NCBI GenBank assembly: GCA_028534125.1 | Contig: CM052818.1 | Coordinates: 13,208,001-13,272,000, forward strand | Source of the DNA: Lama glama | Lineage: Eukaryota | Direction of reading: 5' to 3' | Length of the DNA: 64,000 nucleotides | Shown: positions 1-12,300 of the stretch, one piece after another | Layout of the letters: each line of letters starts with the position of its first letter | Position numbering within the stretch: the stretch's first letter is position 1 | Notes under the pieces: model-generated | What the model was told of the DNA's origin: nothing | The model's database searches: none | Seen by the model: the letters and a program-made list of their open reading frames with translations, nothing else | Program-made: the position numbers and the translations under genes

Positions 1-360
1 GGAATGCTCCTCCTTCAAAACCAACCCAAAAATTAAACATAGAAGAAACTTCTTTAGAACAAGGACACAGTGACAACTCCACAACGGAAACTATGAAGCA
101 CACCTCGACAACAGAGGTCACTACCCACACCTCCCCCCACATCAGTGGAAGCAGGTTTCCCAAAAGCCCGAGTCAGACTAGACCTCCAGTGGGAGGAAGC
201 CTGTCCAGTGACGCGGGCAACTAGGTGGAGAGGTTTGTGTCTGAGGATGGAGGGACTGGGAACTGGGAGGGGTATAGGGAATATATCTAGAGGCAAATAA
301 GATGCAGAACAAGCCACAGAATGTCATGAGAGATCCAGTCAGAACAGAAATCTCCCTCTA

Positions 361-516
361 AAAAAATTGATTATATTTTTATTTTATTTATTTTTTGAAG
401 GAGGGAGGTAATTATGTTTATTTATTGACTTATTTTTTTAAGAGAAGTAATGGGGATTGAACCCAGGACCTCATGCATGTTAAGCATGCACTCTACCACT
501 GAGCTATACCCTCCCC
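361..516 (-). mobile_element. tRNA-derived SINE, camelid Vic-1-like
   Basis: Minus strand GGGGAGGGTATAGCTCAGTGGTAGAGTGCATGCTTAACATGCATGAGGTCCTGGGTTCAATCCCC with Pol III A and B boxes and an A-rich tail. Confidence 0.85.
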
Positions 517-939
517 TCAGAAACCCCTTTTTTCACATGTGTTTGTTACCTCTGATCTAACCTTAGAGGAAGATTATCAGTGGAAACATAGCCAGCCCAG
601 GAGACCACACAGCCTCTTACTTTCGTGGCATATTTCCCCATGTCTGCAGAGAAATTTTAGATTCAAAAGCTCATAAAAAATAATTTCAAAAAATAAGATG
701 GCAAAGTCCAAATAAAAACATGAAAGAGAAATTAAAACATTACTGATAATTGGTGTTTTGGAAGAAGAGAAAAGAACTAATGCAGAAATATATGCCCAAA
801 TATAATAGGCCTCATTGGTGTTCAGAAAGGAACAAAAGAACACCTAAGTGAAATACTAGATTTCATTGATAAATTTGAAGTCATACAACACACACAAATA
901 GCAATTACTGGTGAGCTTATAGAGCAATTAGGAGTTTCA

Positions 940-1221
940 TCACTGCTGGTGAGAATCTAACTAGAAATATCCACTCTGGAACAAATGGCATTATGTGGTA
1001 AAGCTAAAGACAGACACACTTCATCACTCAGCACTGCCACTCCAAAGTATATACCCAACAATGAGACACACGCTTACGCTTACGTGCACCAGTATACACA
1101 AATAAAGACATTCACGGCGGCTTTTCTCATAACTGCCAAAAACCAGTAAAGTCCTTAAGCCCATTAATAGAAGAATGAATGCACATTCTGTGGAATATTC
1201 ATGCAGTGGACTATTACACAG
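940..1221 (+). mobile_element. Old L1 (L1M-type) ORF2-end/3' fragment
   Basis: Degenerate L1 motifs (actgctggtgagaat..., tgtggaatattcatgcagtggactattacacagca). Confidence 0.6.
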
Positions 1222-1543
1222 CAGGGTTCAGCAAACCTCTCCTGTGAAGTGCTAAACAGTAAACATTTTCCACTTTGAGGACCTACGGTCTCTATTGCAA
1301 CTACTCAACTTTGCCGTGGAAGCACAAAAGCAGCCCATAGACACTATAAATGGACTGCCAGGTTCCAACCAAACTTTATTTATGGACAATCAAATCTTCA
1401 TGTCATAATTGTCACATCACAAAACACTTTTCTTTAGATCTTTTTAAATCACCAAAATATTTTTAAACCATTCTCAGCTTGCAAGTAATAAACACAGGCA
1501 GCTGGCTAGACACAGCCTGCAGGTCAGGGTTTAGCAACCCCGG
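1222..1543 (+). mobile_element. hAT-Charlie DNA transposon, MER58-like, inserted in old L1
   Basis: Termini cagggttcagcaaac / gtttagcaaccccgg. Internal gtctctattgcaactactcaact...aaaagcagcccatagac motif. Confidence 0.7.
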
Positions 1544-1929
1544 CTATACAGCACTAAAAATGTACAAAGCACAACCACTTGCACTTTGAGGTTGAAAGTC
1601 CAGACTCTAGGCTCTCTCTGCCTGAGTTTGAATTCAGGTCTACCTTTGGCCAGTAAATTAAGTTCAACTGTTAACCATGATTAACACAAGCTTTCATTCC
1701 CATTTTTCTTCCCTTAATTGTACTATTTTCAGCTTATCTTAGATATCAGCATTTATTCAGGAAAAGAATATAGGAATTCGGCTTGCAGGAGAAAAGAAAA
1801 TTCACCCACTGGATAATTAGCTTCTAGTCAAAGGCATTCACCTAAGTTACCTCTGACTCTCACCTACACTCTCCAAGTAGTATGGCAATCAATGGAAAAT
1901 CCTAACTCATCTTAAGACATTTATGCTGC

Positions 1930-2135
1930 TCTTAGTAAGTGCAGGTATCAATTGAAATGCTTTATACATATTGACTCTCCACTGTTCACAACATCCCCAT
2001 AAGGTAGAAATTTTTACCATTCTCTTCTGTGAATGAGAAAACTAAGCCCAAAGAGGCTACATAATTTGTCAAAGGTCATACAAGTAGCAAGTGGAGAAGC
2101 CAAGACTCAAAACCCCATCTGGCCTCAGAGTCCAG
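1930..2135 (-). mobile_element. MIR SINE
   Basis: MIR core-like gaatgagaaaactaagcccaaagagg...tttgtcaaaggtcatac. Confidence 0.6.
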
Positions 2136-3889
2136 ACATATATAACATATTATATCCACACTAATGTCAACTTTTCCCCTAGGAAACTGTGTTTATCTGT
2201 AGTCTTGTCTCAGGAGAACGTTCAACAACACCACATACTATCAGTCAAGCCCAGTCCCCAGTGCCCGCCCAGCCTTACTGAGCACATCTGGTGCCACGTT
2301 CCCCCCACCCACCCACTTGCCGCATCCTGTTGCTGACAGTGCACCCTCCTCCCAAAATTCCAATTCACTACTAAGGGCCGCCCTACCCAAACCAGGCCAC
2401 ATAAATGTGATCAGGTCACATTTATGAGAAGAGACTATTTTTGGTTGTTCTATTTCCAGTTATTAGACTTTGCTCCTTCTATGCCTGAGTTGAGACAAGG
2501 GAGAAAAGAAAATCACTTCAACAGCAACTTTTTTACACGTGAAATAAATACTCTTTAATATCCAGTCATTAAAAGCGCATTAGTCTCTTGCCAAGGGGGT
2601 TCCTAGAGTGCATAATAATAAAAATTTGAGAGCCAGCTCAATCCCTGTTTGGCCTAGATCCTAGAGTCTGGGTATTCAGTCAAAAGTCATCTATTTCCCC
2701 TCTTCCCCCAAACTCCTAGAAAAAGGCAGTTTCTAGAAGAAGTTCTTTTGTTTGAAACCTAGGTAATTTTAGCCACGGCTCTTAGCAACACAAAGAACCC
2801 GCTGCCAATTACAGCCACATCTAAATTCTTCGTAAAACAAGATCATGGATCTCAGTTGCTCCTGAACGATCTTGCCATCCAAGCCATTCTGAGCTTCTAT
2901 CTACAAGAGGTGGGAATGAAATACAGGCAAATGTGAAATACTGACCAAATGCTCTAGGAGCAGGCAACAGAGGCCCAGGACTCAGCAGTGAGCTTGAAAC
3001 TGTGAAATTCTGGACACATTCAGAGCACATCCAAGTGCTTCTTTCTTCTTTTATAAAACAACAGTGGCCACACTGAATCATTTTAGAGCTGTCAGCTGAC
3101 ATAAAAGCAAAGAGCCCTAACCAGTTCTGTAGGGTCAGGAGAGAGCTCTTCACCTTTCATTCCCTTGATCCTGTGATGTTATATCCTCTCCACACATCGT
3201 TAGTGACAATTAGCTGGCAGTATGCGGTTTACTCACTTCTAAGTTGCTGAGATTAAACTGACAAAAGAAGGAGCTAAGAGGTGAAGAAAACGGCTCTCTA
3301 ACTGTCAAACAAATATCAAATCAGGTGTACTATTATTTTCCCTCTGGAGGAAGGAAGGGACCTAACATTTTTCAACTGCCACTATGACCTGCTGCCTACA
3401 TTTCACAAATAAGATGAGGCTCTAAGAAATGAAGCATGCTGTCCCCTAGGACATGTAGTTTAGGAAAAACTAGAACCAGAATTTATACAGAGCGCACCTG
3501 GCTCCGAGCTCATGTCCTGTACTGTCCTGTCCTGTACCAGGATGCTTCTCTTAGGACTTTTGGGAAAATTCGAGTTGCTCACTGAGGGAACTAATAAATG
3601 GGTCACAAGTGCAGGTACACACGACAGAAAGTTCTTCTTATTTACCAGGGAGGACTAGATTTAATACTTCCTTTTGTATACAAGTATATTATCAGAAAAC
3701 TTAAATTTTAGAAAAAGACCTTTCATCATTCTCCTTCCAAATATACATTTACATATGTTCCTTTTCGGCGTGAAGAGCAGAGAATGATGCCTTCCCCTGC
3801 CAAACATGAAACTGGAATAGAATCTTCTCTCCCGTTTTAAGTACTCTCTTCTGCGGGAGTAATTTTGGAATGGAATCACTGGTGGGCTT

Positions 3890-4640
3890 CAACCAGTCAG
3901 TCATTCCATAAACATTTACCAAAAGCCCTACTCACGCCAGGCACTGATATACAGAGACAGAAGGTGGTTTCTGCCTTCAGGAAATCTCAATTAGAATTGG
4001 GAAAACAGGTGGCAAGCAAATTACTCTGGATAAGTGCTCTGGGATGTTACAGAAACCCAAAGATGAGGCATTTGGCACAGAATGGGAAAGACAGAACACC
4101 AGCAAAGGCTTCCAGTGTAGAACATGGCCAGGCATACTTGGCAAGTGCTTGGAAGCAAGTGGCCAGTTATGACCAGAGAAACTTACGGTGTGATGTTCTG
4201 GAGTGCGTAGGAGCAATTTGGACATGTGGTCTAAGTGCTAATCTGGGTCCAGACCCTGTTAGGATCTCCAGTGCCATTTACAAAAGGAGACTGAGTTTTA
4301 TCCAGAAGCATAGAGATGCCATTGTCAGCTTGTTAGGAGAGAATTAACATGATCTGACAGAGATGTTAGGATGATCACTCTTAAACAGAGGACAGTGTGG
4401 AATGGGAGATATCAGAGATGAAAAGAACATCTAGGTGGGTGCCCTTCTGCCAGAAGTTCCAGTTACAAGGGCCTGAGCTAAGGGAATGACAGTGGGGACA
4501 GGGAACAGAGAGGAGGAACATTTAGAGGAAGAATAAATGAATTTGACAGTTTAGAATGATAGGCATAGAAGAGACTGGATAACACCCCAGTATTCCAACC
4601 AGGACAACTGTGATGCCCTCACTGGAAGAAAAGAGGTTAG
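3890..4640 (-). mobile_element. L2 LINE 3' fragment
   Basis: tcattccataaacattta...gccaggcact...ctgccttcaggaaatctca pattern and AG-rich body. Confidence 0.55.
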
Positions 4641-5149
4641 TGACAATGAAAAGGAAGATTATATTTGTTTTAGAAACTTTTCCTTAATTTTTTTAAAAAC
4701 TGGGGTTGCTTTATTTCTAACATCCCTAGTTATGTAGCACCAATAAATAAGATTTCATTATTCACCATGATAGTGATCACACCCACAGGATATTTTAAAA
4801 CTAAAAAACAAATAGCTTGGCCCATATTTCCCACAATAAGGAAATGCAGGAGGCAATGCATATTGCCAAGAACAGGAAAGAAGGAAATGAATACATGAGG
4901 AAGATAACACATTTCTCCAAGTGCAAAAACAGGGCAGGGCCAACACGAGCATAAATACCTCAATGGGTCATCTCCCCCAGCCAAAAATCATACACAGCTT
5001 CCCAAAAGGAGTCTGCAGTCTGAGTCCACACTGCGTTCCACTTCCCCACAGGGTACACTTAGATTTATCATTATGAATATTGACGAAAGAAGCTCTAACT
5101 AGAATTTAGTGTTCGTCTAAATTTGGAAGTACCAAGGAAGAGCAGTAAA

Positions 5150-6005
5150 CCCTAGTTCAAATGCCCTCAGAGGCAGCTGGATGACAGAAATGGGTCAAAA
5201 GCCTGGAGGTAATGTAGTAGGGAGTGGTGAGGACCACAACAAATGGAACCATGTTTGGCTCCTGGGGTGGTTTTAAAACACAGCTGCAGATTCCTTGCCA
5301 CTCAGCCCAGAGAGAGGTGGAATCTACGACCCTTTAACTCTTGGTGGGCTTAAGACGCAACCAATAGAGTATAAGAAAAGGGACACACGACCTCCAAGAC
5401 AGGTCCTAAAAGGCCAGGTGACCTTTGCCTTTTTCTGCTATAACACTTGCTCTTGGATCACTGAGCTGCCGAGACTATCCTGAGGTGCCAAGTCACAGGA
5501 GACACATAGAAAGACCACGTGGAAAGACCAGAAGCTTCATACAGATCAGGGGGCTGCCCAAGCCATCCCAGCCCAAGCACACGGTATGTGAACAATGACA
5601 CCTCCAGATGATTCCATTCCCCAGAAGGTAAGTCTCCCCAGCTGAGGCCCCACAAACCATGGAACAAGAACAAACCCTCCCCACCCTGTCTTGTCCAAGT
5701 TTCTGACCCACAGACTCCATGAGCATGATCAAAGTGTGGCTGTTTTAACACACTAGGTGCTGAGAGGGTTTGTTACCCAGCAGTAGACAACAAGAACACC
5801 TTCACTAAAGAGGCAGCTGCTACTCTGTCCTGCTGACTGTTGTCGTGTGGGGGTGCAGGACCTGTGTCAGAAGACCCCCCCCATTTATCGAGAAGATGGA
5901 AACTTAGATTCATATGCAACTTTTCCAATTGCTGGAACACTGTGTGAGCCAAATAAAACCACCTGTGACTGGATCTGGCCCTTAGACCACTAGTCTACAA
6001 CTGCT
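5150..6005 (+). mobile_element. hAT-Charlie MER102-like element split by an LTR insertion
   Basis: ttcaaatgccctcagagg 5' part resumes after 5798 with taaagaggcagctgctactc...ggatctggccc...actagtctacaac. Confidence 0.55.
5263..5798 (+). mobile_element. ERVL-MaLR solo LTR (MLT1-type)
   Basis: TG...CA termini and MLT1 3' motif gctgttttaacacactag...tttgttacccagcagtagacaacaagaaca. Confidence 0.7.
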
Positions 6006-9000
6006 CAAGTAGTGTACAGATCCTACGAAAGCAAAAGATGTGCGCTTGGGGGCGGCCACTTTTGAAGAGCACACAGTCAGTGGTCCAGATCACCCTGCCA
6101 TCATCACCACATTGCACCACCCCAGCTTTTGTTGCTGCTCTTCCTTAGACAACATTAGTCAGCTCTAGGTAAGGCTGAAAACTCCCCCAAAATATTCCTA
6201 AAAGCACTAGGATTTGCTTCAGTTTTAAATCTCCAACAAATTTTAAGGTCCTCTTTCTAACAACCAAAGCCACCATGATGGCATTAAAAGTCAAGGGCCA
6301 GTTAGTTTGGAAGTCACAAATATGAATTCCTGCAGCAGGCCTGGGATCCACCGTCTATAAAGCAGAGCAGAAGCTCAGCTGGGGAATAAAAGGCAAGCAC
6401 AGAGCCTAGTACCTCATAGCAGCTCAACAAAAGATTAATCAATAGAGGGATAAATAACCATTTCAACAGATGATTTGTCTAATCTTCCTTTACACTGTAT
6501 TTTGGCATCTCCACAAAGACAAAACCACAACCTAATCTAAATTCACTTAAGTGTTAAGCTGATGTAAGTTGTTAAGTCTCTAAAACAGAAATGACAAATT
6601 CTCTCACATTTCTACATCTGATGGAGTCTGACCAGCACAGCTAGCTCATTATTGTCCACTACAGAATAAAACCATTGCCAAAAATGCAAGCAGTAAACAA
6701 CCAACAGAAAAAAATCGAAAAAGTCATTTCAACTACTAAGTAGGAAGTTTTGTACACAAGTCAATATTTACGTCTGGGAAAAGAAGAGCAGACTGCTATT
6801 TGCATCTCTCCATTTTTACCCAGGCCTAAATTAATGTTCTTGTAAGTGACTAGGCTTTTGTTTGTCTGTTTGTTTTAATTTTCTTTATAAGGAGAAGAGA
6901 AAGGAAGGCATGCGAGACTCCATAAGAATGTTACTTCCAAATAGGTTGCATTCAACAAATTAGTATTCTATTTATTTTCTGTGAAATCACTGTACCACAG
7001 CCATCTGTAGAAGGAAACTACAATATAAACTGTCATATCAAGACTGAATATTAAAGATGACCAGAATACGAACTCTGACAGCAAATTCAAATCTGCCACC
7101 ATTCTGTGATCAACTTGCTCAGAGAAGGATGGCTTAGAATGGCAAGGCACTGACACCATGGCCAAAAGACTCCTTCCTTCCCTTTCTGCCTGAGTTAGAC
7201 CCTAGGCCTGCATGTGCAAGGAAGTCCTTGAGACAGGTGAAGAGTGCCTGCTGCCTTCTGTCTGCATCGTAACTGGGGGATTTCGGAGATTCGATATGGG
7301 GAAAAGAAGGAAATTCTGGTTTCTTTGACATTAATGAGAGGACACTGAAGACTATGACATGCCAAGGGTTTACAAGTAGAGGAGAGAAAACATCCTGGCT
7401 GCCACCTCTCCTGGTAATGTTCCCGTCTCCACTCCCTTCCCTTTTATCACGTGTACTGGGTGAGCCTGGAGGAGGAGGATGAGGTGGAAGCTTGAAAAGA
7501 TTATCTTGATACTTATAAAGTCACTGTGAAAGCATCTCTCCAAGTGAAGATGGGCTCAAGACATTGCTTGACTCTATGGCAAGTGGTTCACCATGGGCCC
7601 ACTAAATTCTAAGCTTCCACTCATCAAACCAGCCTCTTCCTGAGTGACATTAACCCAGGATTCCAGAAGCCATGACTGCAGGGATGTAAAGGATCCTATG
7701 TGGCTGTAGCAGGTACCACTGCCTCACATGCTCTGCTGCAGTGAAGCTGTATCTTTAGGGAGTCAACAAAGTTGGTGTCAGTAAAAGATTAGGCATATGT
7801 TTGTGAGAGTGTGTGGATAAGAGAGAGAACAAAACTTCATTTTATAGATAAAATTGGCTCTTAGCATTTTCCAGAGCTAATGAAATTTAGTATCCTGAAC
7901 ACTATTAAAAACTAGCTCTGAAATAAATAAATCATCCAATCAGAACTCAGAATTGAGGCAGACAGGCAATTCCAGGACCCTAAAACTCAAATTCCACCTT
8001 TTCAAATGGCGACTCACTGATGTCACAATATAGATCACATTTATCTAATTAAGCTAGTAAAGCATCAAATTCTGCCCAAATAGTTCCACAGGCAAGAAAG
8101 GAAAAGGGCAGTAAAGATAGGAAAAAGCTATGTTGGTGGATTCAAGAATAAACACTAAGTTAAATTTCTCTGGAAAAGTTTGTTACTTCTATGAAAATCA
8201 TTAAAAAATGATCAGCACCTCAGCAGCTATAGGTAGAGGTTAACAAAAGCTTGGTTTCCTTTGAAGAATTTGTTTTGTTCCCCTTCAGCCCCAGAGGGCA
8301 TCACAGAATAAAGAACAGATGGTGGAGACCAAAGGAGACCCTGAAGGTGAAAGTTTTCAAAGACACAAATTTCAACGTCAACCTCTGAAAAAGATAATCC
8401 CCATGCCTGTGAATTAACCTGACTGTATGTTTTCTTAACATGCCTATCATCACAGCTGAGACCAAGTGCACACACTCGGTGACAAGAAGAATCAGGAAAT
8501 GGTGTTTTCTGGAACCATCTATTCACTGGTCTAGAAATCCAGCTCTGTATCCAAATGTTTGCTTCTCTGGGCATCTCTGGGTTAGACACTCCCCCCTCAT
8601 TCGGTTTTCAAGGTTTGTAAGAAGTCACCTTTGTTCCAGTAGAAGCTTAAGCAGAAGTGTGAACAAACAAACCAGTTAAATGTGGAGCTGCCCCAGTGCA
8701 AGGGTACCTGTGACTGGGTGCAGCGGGTGGTAGAGCCTGGCTCCTCCCTTGCACCTGTCCTCCTCCAGGGCTCAAAGGAGCAGTTAGAAAACCATCTGAG
8801 ACTTAATACACATCACTGTGGGCTAGATGAGGTCAAAATACTAAAGTGGAAAACCATTAAAATGAATGAAATGTAAAGGCTAAATTAGGTTAATTTTACT
8901 ACATTACACCCATCAAAAGGTCAACGGGTTCCAAGATTATTTTTCTCCCTTTATTGTTTAAACAGAATGAAATTTCTTGATTTCTGTTTGGCACTGTTAT

Positions 9001-9277
9001 TTCTGCCTTCTGGGCAACTAGGCTATATTTTTCCCCAAAGCTTATAACATCTTTATTACTGACTCAGAAGGCATTAGTCAGAAGATGGGTTTTCTTAACT
9101 GATGACTCCTATTTTAAAACCCCTCCACTAAAGAACAGTAATTCAGCATAGCCTTTGCTAGAAAAATTAAATAATGGGAAAGGATTAAGTAACAGTATAA
9201 ATCTGGGCACATAAAGCCCTCAAGCACTAGTCATTGTAAAACTTCTTAGTCCAGAGACCCTTAAGAAAAGGATTAGT

Positions 9278-9372
9278 GGGAAGGGTATAGCTAAGTGGCA
9301 GAGTGCATGCTTAGCATGTAACAAGGTCTTGGGTTCAATTCCCCACTACCTCAATTTTTTTTAAAAAAAAAG
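9278..9372 (+). mobile_element. tRNA-derived SINE, Vic-1-like (short form)
   Basis: GGGAAGGGTATAGCTAAGTGGCAGAGTGCATGCTTAGCATG...GGGTTCAATTCCCC followed by T/A tail. Degenerate aaaagga flanking duplication. Confidence 0.8.
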
Positions 9373-12300
9373 GAATAAACAAACTATTAAAATTAAACTG
9401 AGTTATAAAAGATTTTTTGTTCATGCTAAGGAACTAGCTTTCCTGGTCCACTTAGTTTAATAACAAGGTCTAAACACTAGAAAATATTTTACCTTCCTCC
9501 CCATTATGAAGAATTAAGGTCACTATTAGGAAACACTCTCCGATAGCACCGAATACCGTATGTAATTTGGCCTCTACCCGCTTTGCAAAATCATCTACCA
9601 CAGCCTAAGACAGACCTCAGCACAGACCTACCCACATCCTCATGGTTCCTTAATACCATGTGCTCATCTCTGCTTCACGCCATCTCTCCCAGACAGCCTC
9701 ACCCTCCCTCCTGCCAGCCTATCCAAATCCAACCCCTCCCCAGACTCAGCCTCACAAAAGGGCTCCTTTGAGCAGTCAGCAGCCATTCCTGCCTGACGGG
9801 ACAGTCCGTGGGCCATCTCCTAAGCCCAGCAAGGCCCACAGCAGCAACAGCTCCTTCTGTCCATTTGGCTCTTACTCATACACCCTCTCTGGTACTTACC
9901 ACCCACCTTGGGCAGACCATGAACTCCTAGGATGAAGGGCCTGTGGCTTACTTAACTCATGCTTCTCCCTACTGTCATTTGTTTGTTTTACTAGGTTGTT
10001 TATCTCAGGGCACACTGATTAGCCTTTAATTTGTTGTCATAAATCTGTATTATCCCTGACGTTGTTTAGAACGCGTGGCTGCCTGGTGAGTCAAGGCAAG
10101 GATTTACAATGAAATCACTATAGATTTTGCCCTTCCCTTCAGTTAATGGACCCTCCCAGTTTCATTAAAGAGCCTCACTCCAAAGGAGTTCAAGCTCCAG
10201 CTGTAAAGTTACAGGATAAAAGTGCCAAAGAAAGGAGAGCCTGTCTCTTCTGCCCAAAGGTTCCTAGAAAAGGTGATCAAAATCTGGTTGGGTGGGATAT
10301 AACAAAAGCACAGAAGAGTCTGGTGACAGTGCTTTATCACTGGCTTCCTCTCTTCCAAACTTTAGTTGATAAGCCATACTTTCCCACCTGGTACAGAGGT
10401 AGCAGCGACTTGAGAAAAATCTAGTCTATGGTGGAACAGAAAGTGAAATCCTTCACTCTGGATTTCCAGAGCACTGTTCCACTAAGCAACACAGGAAATA
10501 AGAATCTTGACAAAGAATGCACATTTCACACCTAGTCAGCACATCTGTAGTCTGCCATGTGAGACCTGCTCAAATGGAAGAAATCTAACCTCAGACTTCA
10601 GAACTCTACAATCCCAAGTCACCTCCACTATAGCCTCTTTAGCTCCCTGTTCACTGATGAGGTTTTCAATCATCGCTGTGGCCACGTCAAAGGGGACTGG
10701 GCCTATTCAGACATTGCAAGATGAATTGCTGCAATCCTGGTAAGTTTCCAACAAGGCACAGCGGTGCAGAGGGGATTTAGCTCCATGGTTCTCAGGTCAC
10801 ACCATGCACAGTCAACTTTCCACTTGAGCACAGAATCCCTCTCAGATAACATCCTCACTGCTCTGTCAGGGGTCCAGGCCCAGCTGCATACACTCTAGAG
10901 GAAGGCAGTGGGTGGGTGGCAAGCAGGGAGAAGAGCCCCCGGGCCAAGTTGGTCAGATCTCCAGGTTGATGAGTCCCCTTTCTCCCTGTCCTTGTGAGAA
11001 GAGGGGCAAGAAGCTGGAAGTGGTACATGGTCTGTGGTTCCCAGTTTCCATCAGTTCGTCTCAACTCTAAGTGAAATTAACACTGCGGGTTCAACATGCC
11101 AAGCTGTGTGAAACTAGATTTTCTACGACGGCTGGGATAAAAATAAAGTATCAAAATATGCTCGACAGTAGAAATGCACTCTGCATTGCATTGTGGAATC
11201 TGAACCCTGGGTTATATGTTATTATTCCAAAAAAAGTTTGTTAGAGACAGACAGATCAGTACAATGTTCAGGAGAAAAACTGCCCTTTAGTAAATACATA
11301 TTTTTGTTTGTAAACGCTCAAATAATCTTTTATGAAATGATAGTGTTAATAGATGATGATGATTTTATAGTCCACACCTAACAAGAGTAAAAAGTTGGAA
11401 ATTCCGGACTTATTCTTAGGTTTTATATATCTGTGAAATCCAAATTCTGAGACTACTGACTTCAAAAAACTCTATTCCAAGCCCCTTACTTGAGGGATAA
11501 ATTATTTTGACCACAGAAGCTGGTGGCATGCTAAAAATCACACAGTAAAGTGTGACCTTGAAAGTGGCAAAGCCAATTCTATATCCAAGTCTCCAGGTGG
11601 GCAAGTGTGCTCCAAGGCCCTTCATGAAGTTAGTGTTTCACACTTTAACTTCATGAAAAAAATGTAATTACTTTTAACTATTTTAAAATACATTTTAAAT
11701 AAATACTTTTATTCACAATTAAAACAGAATTTGGCTAAAGGAGTTTATAAAGTTGTTTCATTGTTTTAAAGATATAAATAAATCTTAAGATGCCATATGC
11801 CAATTTAAGGATGGTCACCTACATACGACTTTAACATAAGGGTGAAATTTCACAGATACCTACATGCATAAAAATAACTTGTGAATATGCCTTGTGAATA
11901 GGTGTAATAGTACCAGCCTAGCTCTCTTTTTTTAAATGAATACCTATTGTATACATAGCTGTATAGAGTCGAGCAAGAACAATGCTTCCATCAAAAGCAG
12001 ATTTATGTGCTAGGCCAATAAAACCCAAAGTGGGCAATTGCAACAGGAAAAAAGCCAAAGAAATTAAGGGTGAAAATCAAATGGCATATAGTTTTAGAAT
12101 AAGAAGGACTAAAGCATTGGTCTCCATTTACATGCTAAAGGGATCCTGTGAACATAAGCAATTTTCAAGCCTGTTCTTCCACAGATTTTGAAAAGCTTGA
12201 TTCCTAATGGTTTCTCATGAAAGTCACTATACTGGGGGAGCTATTCACAGCCAACCACCTGGATAATGTTCATTTCTAGACCTCTAATTGATCATAATAG

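Noticed and set aside
440..516. Apparent tRNA gene
   Set aside because: It is the head of a SINE followed by an A-rich tail, not a bona fide tRNA locus
3865..4347. 160-aa ORF in intron 2
   Set aside because: Lies in an L2-like remnant, has a non-ATG start and no recognisable protein
6968..7331. Two short minus-strand ORFs as possible alternative CCDC85A exon
   Set aside because: No similarity to the CCDC85A C-terminus and no clear acceptor/donor pair identified
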